DNA from: Candidatus Omnitrophota bacterium
GTDB lineage: Bacteria; Omnitrophota; Gorgyraeia; Zapsychrales; Fredricksoniimonadaceae
Reading direction: 5' to 3'
Length of the DNA stretch: 64,000 nucleotides
Assembly (NCBI GenBank): GCA_903944345.1
Contig: CAJARJ010000002.1
Location: 65,969 to 129,968 of the forward strand
Of this stretch, positions 1 to 9,352 are shown piece after piece. Numbering within the stretch: position 1 is the first letter of the stretch; each line of letters begins with the position of its first letter. Made by a program: the position numbers and the translations under genes. The notes under the pieces are model-generated. The model saw only the letters and a program-made list of their open reading frames with translations. It searched no databases and had not been told where the DNA came from.

Positions 1-678
1 ACGATCATATATGGTCATCGGCTCGGCAACCTGCTGCACCAGTCCGTTCTTCATGACCACAATGCGGTCGCCCATGGTCATGGCTTCTGTCTGGTCGTGG
101 GTGACATAAATAAAAGTGGTCTGCAAACGCAGGCGCAACTTGTGGATCTCGGTGCGCATGGTCACACGCATCTTGGCATCCAGGTTGCTCAAAGGTTCGT
201 CAAAAAGAAACACCTTGGGCTTGCGGACAATCGCCCGCCCGAGAGCCACGCGCTGACGTTCTCCGCCGGAAAGCTGACGCGGACGACGATTAAGATATTT
301 ATGAATATTGAGAATTTCCGCAGCTTCGTGAACCCGCTTTTCGATCTCGGGCTTGGGATAAGAACGCAACTTGAGCCCGAAAGCCATATTCTCGAAAACG
401 GTCATGTGCGGATAAAGCGCGTAATTCTGGAAAACCATTGCGATGTCGCGGTCTTTGGGAGGAACATCATTGACCCGGCGGTCGCCAATCCAGATATCTC
501 CGGAAGAAATGTCTTCCAGCCCGGCGATCATGCGCAAAGTGGTGGATTTACCGCAACCTGAAGGGCCGACCAGGACAACAAACTCCTTGTCCTTGATCTG
601 AAGATTAACATTATCAACCGCTTTTGCGGCGCCGCCCTTGTAAGTCTTGCAAAGATTTTCTATCCGGATGCTGGCCAT
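1..678 (-). CDS. ABC transporter ATP-binding protein (MalK/UgpC-type importer ATPase); 5' fragment, gene runs off window start
   Basis: Reverse translation from ATG at 678 gives [16 protein letters not shown]...[10 protein letters not shown] (Walker A)...[16 protein letters not shown] (ABC signature)...[10 protein letters not shown] (Walker B). Not in the ORF track because it lacks an in-window stop. The 97..561 plus-strand ORF is its antisense shadow. Confidence 0.85.
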   Translation of the reverse strand, partial: MASIRIENLCKTYKGGAAKAVDNVNLQIKDKEFVVLVGPSGCGKSTTLRMIAGLEDISSGDIWIGDRRVNDVPPKDRDIAMVFQNYALYPHMTVFENMAFGLKLRSYPKPEIEKRVHEAAEILNIHKYLNRRPRQLSGGERQRVALGRAIVRKPKVFLFDEPLSNLDAKMRVTMRTEIHKLRLRLQTTFIYVTHDQTEAMTMGDRIVVMKNGLVQQVAEPMTIYDR

Positions 679-745
679 ATGCGTCTCACAAGGATGGTTT
701 AAAAATTAAATATATTCTATGCAGAATGTTGCAAAATGCAATCGA

Positions 746-1618
746 TTATTTGGTACTTTTTTCGACCGGAACCTTTTGGCCGGAATAATCAATCATCCGG
801 ACAATGGCAGACTTCATATCTGTCCGCATAACAATCATGTCCAGCAGCCCGTGAGCCAGCATAAACTCGGAAGTCTGGAAACCTTTGGGCATTTTCTGAC
901 GAACCGTCTGCTCGATAACCCGCGGGCCGGCAAAGCCCAGAAGAGCTTTGGGTTCCGCCATGATAATATCACCAACCCCGGCAAAAGACGCCATAATGCC
1001 GCCCATAGTCGGATTGGTCAATACGGAAATATACAGCTGCCGGGCTGCGGCATGCCGGGACAATGCGGCACAGGTCTTGGCCATCTGCATAAGCGAAATG
1101 CACCCCTCATACATACGCGCACCACCGCCGGAACCGGAAACAATCACAATCGGCAGACGATTGCGGGTGGCGTACTCGACGGCACGGGTGATCCGCTCTC
1201 CGACCACCGAGCCCATAGAACCCATAATAAATTGCGAGTCCGTAACCGCGACAACAGCCGGACGGCCGTCCATTGTGCCGTATCCGGTGATGGCTGCATC
1301 CGACAAGCCGGTAGCCTTCTGATCCGCGGCCAGCTTGTCCTTGTACGTCTTGACTCCCTTGAAATTGAGCGGATCTTCTGATAACAGATCAGCATCCATC
1401 TCGACAAAAGAGCCATCATCGATAAGAAGTTCGAGTCTGCGGCGAGCGCACAAAGTCAGGTGAAAAAGGCACTTGGGGCAAACATTCCAGTTATTCTCGA
1501 TTTCTTTGGTATACGACGGCTGCTGGCATTCGGGACACTTCATCCAGATACCATCAGGAATAACCCGACGTTTGTTAACCCGAACAAATGTATTATTACT
1601 TTTACCAAAAAGGCTCAT
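746..1618 (-). CDS. accD: acetyl-CoA carboxylase carboxyltransferase beta subunit
   Basis: N-terminal C4 zinc ribbon (CPECQ...CPKC) followed by a carboxyltransferase domain (GGARMYEG, GFAGPRVIEQT). Typical AccD length and architecture. Confidence 0.9.
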   Translation of the reverse strand: MSLFGKSNNTFVRVNKRRVIPDGIWMKCPECQQPSYTKEIENNWNVCPKCLFHLTLCARRRLELLIDDGSFVEMDADLLSEDPLNFKGVKTYKDKLAADQKATGLSDAAITGYGTMDGRPAVVAVTDSQFIMGSMGSVVGERITRAVEYATRNRLPIVIVSGSGGGARMYEGCISLMQMAKTCAALSRHAAARQLYISVLTNPTMGGIMASFAGVGDIIMAEPKALLGFAGPRVIEQTVRQKMPKGFQTSEFMLAHGLLDMIVMRTDMKSAIVRMIDYSGQKVPVEKSTK

Positions 1619-1668
1619 AAATTCCTGTCGTCTTCTGCCCCGGGGAAAGAACTCCCGTTAATAGTTTT

Positions 1669-2931
1669 TTATAAAGAATGCAAAGCAATTCCGGATAATG
1701 CTTTAGGAAAAAAGTACGTGCTCTTCGGCGGCATCTTTTCGCCATTGAGCGCAATAGCCCGCAACTGCTCGATTTTCACGGGATTCAAAATAAACGCCGC
1801 ATCCGCCTGGCCATTATCCACATAGCTGAAACATTCATCGATATCCTTGTTGGAATACATGATATCTTCCGACTTGATATCCAGCCGGTCAAATACAAAC
1901 GACTTGAGAATAAGCGAATCGAGTCCGCGGTAATCCTTGGAGCCTTCTTTAATATATTCGTCCAACTGGCTGCGGTTTTTCAGCCGCAATAACTGAATTC
2001 CCTTTTTGGTATACAAACCGAAGGTGTGCTCATTGCGTCCGGCCCGGGCCAGCAAAAGAACGAGATCTTCCTTTTTTTTGACCGGATCGATACGAAAAAG
2101 ATTTTCCAGAAAACTGACATCCGCCGGAAAGCGACGGATAATCCGATGAATCGGAAAAATCTGCAAATCTTTGGAATCCATGTTGGTAAAATACGTCATG
2201 ACATAATTCCAGGGCTCTTCCCCCGTGGCCCCGGGATTCCTGGCCAGCTGTTCTTCACGGTAGCGACGGGAAACTTCGTAACGATGATGTCCGTCCGCAA
2301 TAAACAGATTCTGATCCTTGAAAACATCGACAATTTCGGCTATCGCCGCGGACTCATCCAGACGCCAGACCAGAGTGCGGGTTCCGTCATCCTCAACCAC
2401 ATCCATAAAGGGTGCCGTCGGGGCGACCTTGCGATTGAAGATCCCCTCTACTTTCTTCTGCCGGTCGGAAAAACACACAAAAATCGGGCTACAGGCCGCC
2501 TTGAGCGCCGTCCACAGCTTGAAACGATCTTCCTTGGCGCCGGCATGAGTCTTTTCATGCGGATGAAGTTTCGCCGAATCATCCTCGATCTTCATGACCG
2601 CCAGAAAACCCATACGGCTGTATTTCTGTCCAAGAATTTTATATTCCTGCTTGAGAAAATAAATACACGGCTTGTGATCCCGAACCAGAATGCCATCGTG
2701 AAGCCACTTGCGCAGGGTCTCTCCGGCCCGGGCATAACGGGAATCATCTTCACCGTGTTTGGCATCGGCCTTGGCCAGCATCACATGAATAAAATTATAC
2801 GGACTGCGCTTTTGCAGAATCTGTTCCTGTTCAGGAGAGATGACATCGTAAGGAGGGCAGATAACCTTGTTAAAATCGTTGATCTTGCTGGCGCTATAAA
2901 CCAGGCCCTGAAAAGGTTTAACAAGTGACAT
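1669..2931 (-). CDS. DUF1015 family protein
   Basis: 420 aa with the hallmark FIADGHHRYE motif and the overall length of DUF1015 proteins. Confidence 0.7.
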   Translation of the reverse strand: MSLVKPFQGLVYSASKINDFNKVICPPYDVISPEQEQILQKRSPYNFIHVMLAKADAKHGEDDSRYARAGETLRKWLHDGILVRDHKPCIYFLKQEYKILGQKYSRMGFLAVMKIEDDSAKLHPHEKTHAGAKEDRFKLWTALKAACSPIFVCFSDRQKKVEGIFNRKVAPTAPFMDVVEDDGTRTLVWRLDESAAIAEIVDVFKDQNLFIADGHHRYEVSRRYREEQLARNPGATGEEPWNYVMTYFTNMDSKDLQIFPIHRIIRRFPADVSFLENLFRIDPVKKKEDLVLLLARAGRNEHTFGLYTKKGIQLLRLKNRSQLDEYIKEGSKDYRGLDSLILKSFVFDRLDIKSEDIMYSNKDIDECFSYVDNGQADAAFILNPVKIEQLRAIALNGEKMPPKSTYFFPKALSGIALHSL

Positions 2932-2960
2932 TCGATCCAGACTTTCGTTTGGAGGTTAAT

Positions 2961-3017
2961 GAAAAATCCTGCCCGAATTTCTCCGGAAGAAACCTGTCCA
3001 ACCGGAGAGATTCGGGC
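2961..3017 (-). terminator. candidate intrinsic terminator downstream of the giant ORF 3115-9168
   Basis: Near-perfect 16-bp inverted repeat gcccgaatttctccgg / ccggagagattcgggc with a 15-nt loop. It is followed on the minus-strand transcript by a U-rich run (plus strand gaaaaatcc just 5' of the stem). Confidence 0.3.
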
Positions 3018-3114
3018 ATTATACAAAAAAAAGCAGAATTTGACAAGAAATCGTCTTTAAATGCCCGGGAGAACACACAAACGAAGGAACTCGCCCGGGC
3101 AGGCAACAGAAATA

Positions 3115-6100
3115 TCAAATGTCTTTCGTCAACAACGAAAGGGTCATCGCCGGAGCGATCGGCACCGGAACACCGATGTGCGGAATAAACCCGTCGATGG
3201 GTATCTGCTGCAAGTCAGCTTCCGGAAAAGCATCCAATGCTTCACCTGTTTCTTTCAGATCGATACGCCGGCCGTCAAGATCGATACCGCCGGTAGCTTC
3301 CCGATCCTTGTTTATAGCCGTCTTGTCTTGCGGCGGAATCTCGGAAGCATCTGACCCCGCGACAAAAGCTTCTCCGGGCTGCAACGTTGCTGCGGCCACA
3401 GGTTTGGCAAATTCCGGATACACCTCATCATACAAATGCCCTTCACGAATACGGACGTACTCCGCTTCTTCGATCTTGCCTTTCAGGAGCTCTTTCAGAT
3501 AATGCGTTTCTCCCCATGGAGTAGGCGTTGTGTGAACACCCGCCCGGCTCCAGGTCTTGGCAGTCATCCACAGCCGCCCCCCCAGGCTGGAACGCATGGC
3601 GGCCACAGAACCAACCACTTTGGTCGCTGTAAGGATCGAAAAAAGCCCCAGAGAACTTTCTATAATCGCAGTTTCGTCAGGATCCGCTCCCTTCGGAACA
3701 TACACAGGAACATCCACCACGACCGCACTGCCTTTCCATATTCCAAGCCCGAAGAACGCCCCGGTGTTCGGGAAAGACACCTGCCGGACACTCATACGCC
3801 CGCGGTTAAGATCGTGCACCGGAACAAAATTGAGAATAATATCTCCCCGGCCAACATCCGAAGCGTGCCTGGACACAAAGTTATCCAGCGAGTCTCCTTC
3901 GTAAATCGCGGACGGGCTTGTGCCGGAGGTGCCATTGGCCCACAGGCGGGAATAATAATTACGAGTCAGCTCTCCGACGGCCTTCGGGCCGACAATAAAG
4001 ATCTTCCGTGCCCCGGTGCGCCCGAAAGACGACAATCCGGCGATCTTTGAATAGGTTTCGGACAAAAAGAACTTCAACGCGTAATTGATGAAGATAAAAT
4101 CCGCCACCCGGACAACGTAATCCATAAATTGATCCGGATACCAGTTTTGCGGGCCGGCAGAAAACATATAAAGCAGGGTTAAAGGCCCGCCGAAAAGAAA
4201 AACCGCCAAAACAATCAGATCCTTGACCCGGTCAATAACCCAGGGCCGCAGCATGGCCAGGCCGATCTTTTTACCGATCTGCGTCAATTCCTTGTTCACA
4301 TCAGAGGAGAACGAATCCCCCTTCTCATCGGTTCCGGTCATGGCACGCACGGTATCAACTCCACCATCAGCCACCGCCTTTTTGATCTCCTGGAATTTCT
4401 CGGGTGCAAATCGCAGATAAAAACCATCAGTTTCCTGCGCGCCCGCAGACGTCAAGTCCTCGGCTAATTGATAGACCAGACGTTTGGAATGATACATAAG
4501 CTGTATTTCCGATGCGGTTGGCGCCTCCGAAAAGAAATACGTTCCGGTCAGGAAAAACCTCTGATTTTCGGGATCGTCCGCCGGCTTGTCCTTGATCCGC
4601 AGCAAATCCAGAACCATCGCATCCGCACGGGAGGTCATAGCATAAACGTTGCCGACCCCTGCCAGCGCTTTCAATGCCTTGGTGGCCGTTTTTGTCGGAG
4701 ATGTCGCGCCAGACTTGCTGACCACCAGCGCCATGGTGTTTTCGTCCACACGGTAATAGTTCTGGTGCCGTTCAAAAGACTGCACAAACTGGTTGGCCGA
4801 AACAGTCTCGATCTTCAGCCCGTCAACCAGATCATAAAGCAGGTCGAACATCGCCGAGGGGATAATGAAGGAATCATCATAGCCCACCACCAGAAGTCTT
4901 GGCTCTTTGCCGCCGGCTTTAACCTCGCGCAGCTGCCGGGCAAGCCGGCTGGCCGCTTTTCTCAGGTCCGAATCAGCATTGTTCCATCTCTCATTTGCGT
5001 CGGCGACAACGGCTGTGGACATCGACAGCTCCTCGGGAACAATGCGGCTTTCTTTCTTGTACTGGACAGGGGGCGGCGCATGACGCGGATTCTTTTTACC
5101 GTCCACCATCTCCTGTGTAGAATAGAAATCGCCTCTCAGTTCCTCATCCGGGACCGCGAGCCATCCTTTGTTTAAAGGATCGTCTTTCCAGGAACGGATA
5201 TCAAACTTGCCCTCCTGATCATAGGTCAGATTCATCACCTGACCGTCTTGCAGATGAACGATCTCGTCGTACTTCTCTCCGTTTGGCCCGGGGGTCTTCA
5301 GCGTCTGGCTGTCCGATGAGGCGCCGAAAGTCATGTTGGTATGATCCAGCCCTACCGCCACATCCTGCCCGTTATTGAAAACAGTAACACCGTCGGCAAA
5401 TGCCGTGGTCTGTACAAAAATACCATACGTCCCGTCCGCACGCTTGGCAAACTCGCGCACCGCCTGCTCACGGCTTCCGGTAAAATATTTTTTCATGACA
5501 ACCGCTACCCAGAACAAACGCTGCGCCTCGACATCCAGCTTGGAATCCCTCCAGCCCCGCTCCATTCTGGCCAGCACCCTGCCCGCTTCGGAATCCGTAC
5601 CGGACTCCCGGGCCAGTCTTTGGGCCAGACGATCACGGACAGTCAAAAGCATGTCGTACTGCGCTTCCACTCCGGCTTCCGCCGCCTGCTTTCTGGAATC
5701 AAACCACAAGTCACTCAATTCCTTGACTCTCCCGGCAGGCTTGTACCCGGGTCTGGACAAAAGCTGAAGAACTGTTTTCCCGGAACTTACTTTCCGGTCC
5801 ATCTCCTGACGAAACACCTCTCCCAGCGCCTCTTCCTCGCGTTCGGACAAAAGATCTTCCATCGCATTGGACAAGAAGGAGTGGTTCGCAAACACATGTG
5901 CATACCGTACAGCAGTTTTCCAGATCCCCTGGGCCAAAAAAAGATGGATCTGGAAAGGGATGATCGGAGAATCTCCCGGAGGAAGCCCGAAGAGAGCTGA
6001 GTCCAGATGATTAAAGAACGCCTGGGGATATCTATTGAACTGCGCGCGAAAATCGTCATCCACTCCGGCAAACTTTGGCGACACGCGGCCGTTGACAATA

Positions 6101-9100
6101 TATCCGCGCCTGCGAAGTTCCTTAACAATTCTCCTGTAATCGGGGCGAAACCCTCTTTCCAGCACCAAAAGAGGATTAATATCGGCCTTCAGATAAGACG
6201 CCGTAACCTCCCCCTGGAAATAATGATGCAGCAACGCCGGGAAAACCCTGCGCATGGCCGTTGTATCGAGCGTCTGGCCAAACATGCGGGTAACGTTTCC
6301 CCCGCCCATTCTGGCGTTGTCGTTATCTCCATTATGTCCGATCACCACCATCACCTTTCTCCAGATACGCCGTAACACATTATTCTCGTCAAACGCTTCC
6401 ATGACAACCTCTTCCTCGCGGCTGGCATGAGGATGCGTTGCCTTCTTGACCAGAACCCCTCCTGTTGCAAACCGTGTATGATTGAGAATAAAAACCACAA
6501 CCGCACGACCCAGATTGTCTATGGCCTTGGCTTTGGCAGGTATCCCCTTGATGAAGGCCTTGACATTGCGCCCGATCAGATCCGGAGCGAACACCGGACC
6601 GGTTCCTTTCTCCCAACGCAGCCAGCGTTTGGGTTTGAGCATTTTACTGATCCAGGCTTCAGAATTTTCTCCGTCGGAACTATACACCAGTGCCAGCCCG
6701 AGAGCCTGGCCGCCGCGAGCCTCAAGTGTGCGCATCTCACTCTCAAGTTTCGGCATAAGTTCCTGAACCGTTTTGAGAACAACCCCCGGACTATTGTCCT
6801 GCGGAGCAATGCGGCCTCCCCGGACTTCAATGCCGCAACGAACCAGCGCATGACTCAAGGCAGAAGCGTTCACGACCCCCAGAACGGTCATCGCCAGAAG
6901 CGCAGGAATAGCCAGCTGGGTTGCCGCGGCACCTGCGGACAAAACAAGGAAAGTGTGCACGGAGAACCAGCCCAGAGTCAGCAAAGACAACAATCCCCGC
7001 GCCCATAACGGCACGGCATAGGCCGGTTTCGCCTGACGGCTGTTCCCCTCCGGTTTTCCTTCAACCGGAGCGGCCAATATCTCTCCTGTTGCGTCATCCT
7101 GTTCAAGTTCGTGCAGCCCAGACAGAATCTCTGCATTCTCATTGCCCCCCTGCCGGGAGACCGCGGGCCGAGCATCGGCCAAGAGTTCAGCGGCATTCTC
7201 TCTTACGGTAGCCCCCTGACCGGCTGTTGTTGCAGGAGGAACTTCATCACGAAAAACGACCGTTGGATCATCTTTCTCGGGCTCCATTGGAGCTTTTGTT
7301 CCTGTCCTCAAAACTTTCTGCTGTTTTGCGGTACGCTTTTTACCAAAAAGAAATGCTCCGCCCAGAAACAGCAATCCGCCTAACAGAGAATACACCCGGG
7401 GATCCCTCAGGCTGATCTCGGGCCACTCCATCCCGGAAACCCCACCTTTTACTTTATCGATCAGATACTGCCTGAAAGACGTAAACCCGGCCAATTCTTC
7501 GCGGGCAGGCTGTACAAAAGACGGCTCAGCCACAGCTGCGGCGGGAGCCTGCACAGTCGATGAAGCAGGCGGTTGCGTAGTTAGCTCCTTTTGATCCCCC
7601 CCCCGATCTGGAACAGTTACAGGGATCACTGCGGGGGCTTGTTTGACCGGAACAGACAAAGCCGGCAAAGCCCGCAGCACTTCTTCAGGAAGCACCGCAT
7701 TAATTACCAGCGGACGGTACGGAGCAACAGGATCCGCCTGGTCTCCTCCCAAAGTCTTGACCACGCCGCCTTTGCCGTCTTTTCCCCACATGGAGCCGTA
7801 AAATCCCGAATGTTTATACCCTTCGGGATTCAATCTTTTATACGTCGTACGGATCCGTTGAACCGCATGACCGTAGGTCTCCCCGGGCTTTAGTTCGACA
7901 ACTGTTGCCTTTCCGTCGGAAGACGGGGCAAACGCCGCGGCATGCGACATGGCCACAGGCGCCATGGCCAGCGTCACCCCAAGCGCCAGCGAACGAACCA
8001 GTCCGGAAGACAGCATGGCCTGGTCAACCGGCTCAAGCTGCAAAGGCGTACGTAAAAGATCTGAAGACATCGCGCCATCAAGGCCAGTCAAAGGCAATTG
8101 TGTTTCACGGTAAGGCCCAGCTGGCTGATTCAACCCGGAAAGCATCACTCCACCCGAGAAATACTTGCGGGGAATCATCTGCGCATCAACAGGGTCGTTT
8201 TCTTCCTTGATATAGGAATAAACCCCTTCTTCTACCGACCTCAAATACCGTTCAAAAATTTCCTGACGCAATGCCGGAGCAACACTGTCAATGCCGCGCA
8301 CCTTGTTTTGCCCCACATAACGCGTTCCCACTACCGTTGCGGCTTGATGACGTTTGTACCATGTGGCCAACACCAGCGCGTTATAGACCTGCCTTACGGG
8401 AGCAAACAATTCTCCACCATTGACATCCCGGCGTAGAACCGGAAGGATCATCTGACGAAATACATCCGTGTATATCCGGGCCACTCCTTCTTCTTTGGCG
8501 GTCAGCTGCGAATCCTGAAGCAATTGATAGTCGGTATCCGTAAGCACATCTAAAGAGGTATCGGTCACAAAAACGCTGTTATTACGCGTGTAAACAGTTG
8601 CCGTGGATGGAATAATCCACACTTTATTAATATTTCCGGCCGGAATATCTGTTGTTCCATACTCGGCAAACACCCTGCCGTAAACTTCTTTCCAGAAGGC
8701 TGCTCCCAAAGAAGTTTCCGGATAGGTTAAAGAGGCGGCTTTCTGTTTGAGTAAATAATCCTGCTCCATCAACACCTTGCCCATTTCCGTACGAGCAAAT
8801 GTTTCGGGCATAACGCGGTCGCGGCCATCCGGAGAAAGGTTCACCCACATATCCTGGTCGGGAACAGCCAAAGACGCCAGAAGGAACTGACTCAACCGGG
8901 CAATCCCTCCACGCAGATTCTCATTATCGGCCAGCGAAGAGCCTTTATCCACAATCAGATCAAAACGCAACGGATCTGCAGGGTAAACTTTCAACCCCTT
9001 GAGCGTCAACGGATAATAAACCCCCGGGGCCGGTACAGCAGGAAACACAGCCGGCAGACTTCCGACAGACTGTGCCTGCAACAGTTCCGGAAGTATGGCA

Positions 9101-9168
9101 CTCCAGAACACAAAGAACGACACCATACAACAGCACACTCTAAACCATATCGCCCTGCAATCTCTCAT
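3115..9168 (-). CDS. giant (2017 aa) secreted/membrane multidomain protein, paralog-family member 1; hydrophobic leader ending AQS, unassigned conserved N-domain, 3 internal hydrophobic segments, SIS/PGI-like and Ntn-amidotransferase-like motifs, conserved C-terminal tail
   Basis: 6.05-kb uninterrupted ORF. N-domain residues ~35-420 align with ORFs 40793-45073, 45083-49078 and 54725-56869 (WVNLSP, G[RK]xL[LM]xQDYxLKQ, NKVWI[IV]P, PRKYFSGG). Internal VVSKSGATSPTKT (SIS/PGI-like) and VVIGHNGDNDN (HNG-type). C-terminal GGIDLDGRRIDL...DGFIPHIGVPVPIAP tail. Confidence 0.85.
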   Translation of the reverse strand: MRDCRAIWFRVCCCMVSFFVFWSAILPELLQAQSVGSLPAVFPAVPAPGVYYPLTLKGLKVYPADPLRFDLIVDKGSSLADNENLRGGIARLSQFLLASLAVPDQDMWVNLSPDGRDRVMPETFARTEMGKVLMEQDYLLKQKAASLTYPETSLGAAFWKEVYGRVFAEYGTTDIPAGNINKVWIIPSTATVYTRNNSVFVTDTSLDVLTDTDYQLLQDSQLTAKEEGVARIYTDVFRQMILPVLRRDVNGGELFAPVRQVYNALVLATWYKRHQAATVVGTRYVGQNKVRGIDSVAPALRQEIFERYLRSVEEGVYSYIKEENDPVDAQMIPRKYFSGGVMLSGLNQPAGPYRETQLPLTGLDGAMSSDLLRTPLQLEPVDQAMLSSGLVRSLALGVTLAMAPVAMSHAAAFAPSSDGKATVVELKPGETYGHAVQRIRTTYKRLNPEGYKHSGFYGSMWGKDGKGGVVKTLGGDQADPVAPYRPLVINAVLPEEVLRALPALSVPVKQAPAVIPVTVPDRGGDQKELTTQPPASSTVQAPAAAVAEPSFVQPAREELAGFTSFRQYLIDKVKGGVSGMEWPEISLRDPRVYSLLGGLLFLGGAFLFGKKRTAKQQKVLRTGTKAPMEPEKDDPTVVFRDEVPPATTAGQGATVRENAAELLADARPAVSRQGGNENAEILSGLHELEQDDATGEILAAPVEGKPEGNSRQAKPAYAVPLWARGLLSLLTLGWFSVHTFLVLSAGAAATQLAIPALLAMTVLGVVNASALSHALVRCGIEVRGGRIAPQDNSPGVVLKTVQELMPKLESEMRTLEARGGQALGLALVYSSDGENSEAWISKMLKPKRWLRWEKGTGPVFAPDLIGRNVKAFIKGIPAKAKAIDNLGRAVVVFILNHTRFATGGVLVKKATHPHASREEEVVMEAFDENNVLRRIWRKVMVVIGHNGDNDNARMGGGNVTRMFGQTLDTTAMRRVFPALLHHYFQGEVTASYLKADINPLLVLERGFRPDYRRIVKELRRRGYIVNGRVSPKFAGVDDDFRAQFNRYPQAFFNHLDSALFGLPPGDSPIIPFQIHLFLAQGIWKTAVRYAHVFANHSFLSNAMEDLLSEREEEALGEVFRQEMDRKVSSGKTVLQLLSRPGYKPAGRVKELSDLWFDSRKQAAEAGVEAQYDMLLTVRDRLAQRLARESGTDSEAGRVLARMERGWRDSKLDVEAQRLFWVAVVMKKYFTGSREQAVREFAKRADGTYGIFVQTTAFADGVTVFNNGQDVAVGLDHTNMTFGASSDSQTLKTPGPNGEKYDEIVHLQDGQVMNLTYDQEGKFDIRSWKDDPLNKGWLAVPDEELRGDFYSTQEMVDGKKNPRHAPPPVQYKKESRIVPEELSMSTAVVADANERWNNADSDLRKAASRLARQLREVKAGGKEPRLLVVGYDDSFIIPSAMFDLLYDLVDGLKIETVSANQFVQSFERHQNYYRVDENTMALVVSKSGATSPTKTATKALKALAGVGNVYAMTSRADAMVLDLLRIKDKPADDPENQRFFLTGTYFFSEAPTASEIQLMYHSKRLVYQLAEDLTSAGAQETDGFYLRFAPEKFQEIKKAVADGGVDTVRAMTGTDEKGDSFSSDVNKELTQIGKKIGLAMLRPWVIDRVKDLIVLAVFLFGGPLTLLYMFSAGPQNWYPDQFMDYVVRVADFIFINYALKFFLSETYSKIAGLSSFGRTGARKIFIVGPKAVGELTRNYYSRLWANGTSGTSPSAIYEGDSLDNFVSRHASDVGRGDIILNFVPVHDLNRGRMSVRQVSFPNTGAFFGLGIWKGSAVVVDVPVYVPKGADPDETAIIESSLGLFSILTATKVVGSVAAMRSSLGGRLWMTAKTWSRAGVHTTPTPWGETHYLKELLKGKIEEAEYVRIREGHLYDEVYPEFAKPVAAATLQPGEAFVAGSDASEIPPQDKTAINKDREATGGIDLDGRRIDLKETGEALDAFPEADLQQIPIDGFIPHIGVPVPIAPAMTLSLLTKDI

Positions 9169-9207
9169 AACAAACCCCTTTCCATAAAATGAAAAAGCCC
9201 AATAATT

Positions 9208-9250
9208 GTTTCCTCCTCAGGAAACGATCATTGGGCGTCAATGTCCAAAT
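9208..9250. repeat. 43-bp direct repeat copy 1 in the AT-rich leader upstream of the giant ORF; contains palindromes TTTCCTnnnnAGGAAA and TTGGGCn6GTCCAA
   Basis: gtttcctcctcaggaaacgatcattgggcgtcaatgtccaaat; 39 of 43 identical to copy 2 at 9310-9352. Confidence 0.8.
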
Positions 9251-9309
9251 CATCTGTTCTGCCGGGCAACATTGCCCGAGAAACTATTCAACAAAAAAAC
9301 CCAACCAAA

Positions 9310-9352
9310 GTTTCCTACTCAGGAAACGATAATTGGGCATCAGTGTCCAAAT
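9310..9352. repeat. 43-bp direct repeat copy 2 (candidate operator/regulatory module)
   Basis: gtttcctactcaggaaacgataattgggcatcagtgtccaaat; starts 102 bp after copy 1 and keeps the same internal inverted repeats. Confidence 0.8.

Noticed and set aside
97-561. Plus-strand 154-aa ORF at the window start
   Set aside because: It is the antisense shadow of the minus-strand ABC transporter ATPase, whose Walker A, signature and Walker B motifs are readable on the opposite strand. It has no motifs of its own.
7400-7700. Pro/Ala/Gln-rich low-complexity segment in the giant protein (AVIPVTVPDRGGDQKELTTQPPASSTVQAPAAAVAEPSFVQP)
   Set aside because: Considered as a possible frameshift or intergenic gap splitting the giant ORF. 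The reading frame is continuous, and such proline-rich linkers are common between periplasmic domains and membrane anchors.
9208-9352. Possible CRISPR array
   Set aside because: Only two repeat copies, 43 bp long with a 59-bp spacer, imperfect, and no cas genes nearby. It is better explained as duplicated regulatory sites.
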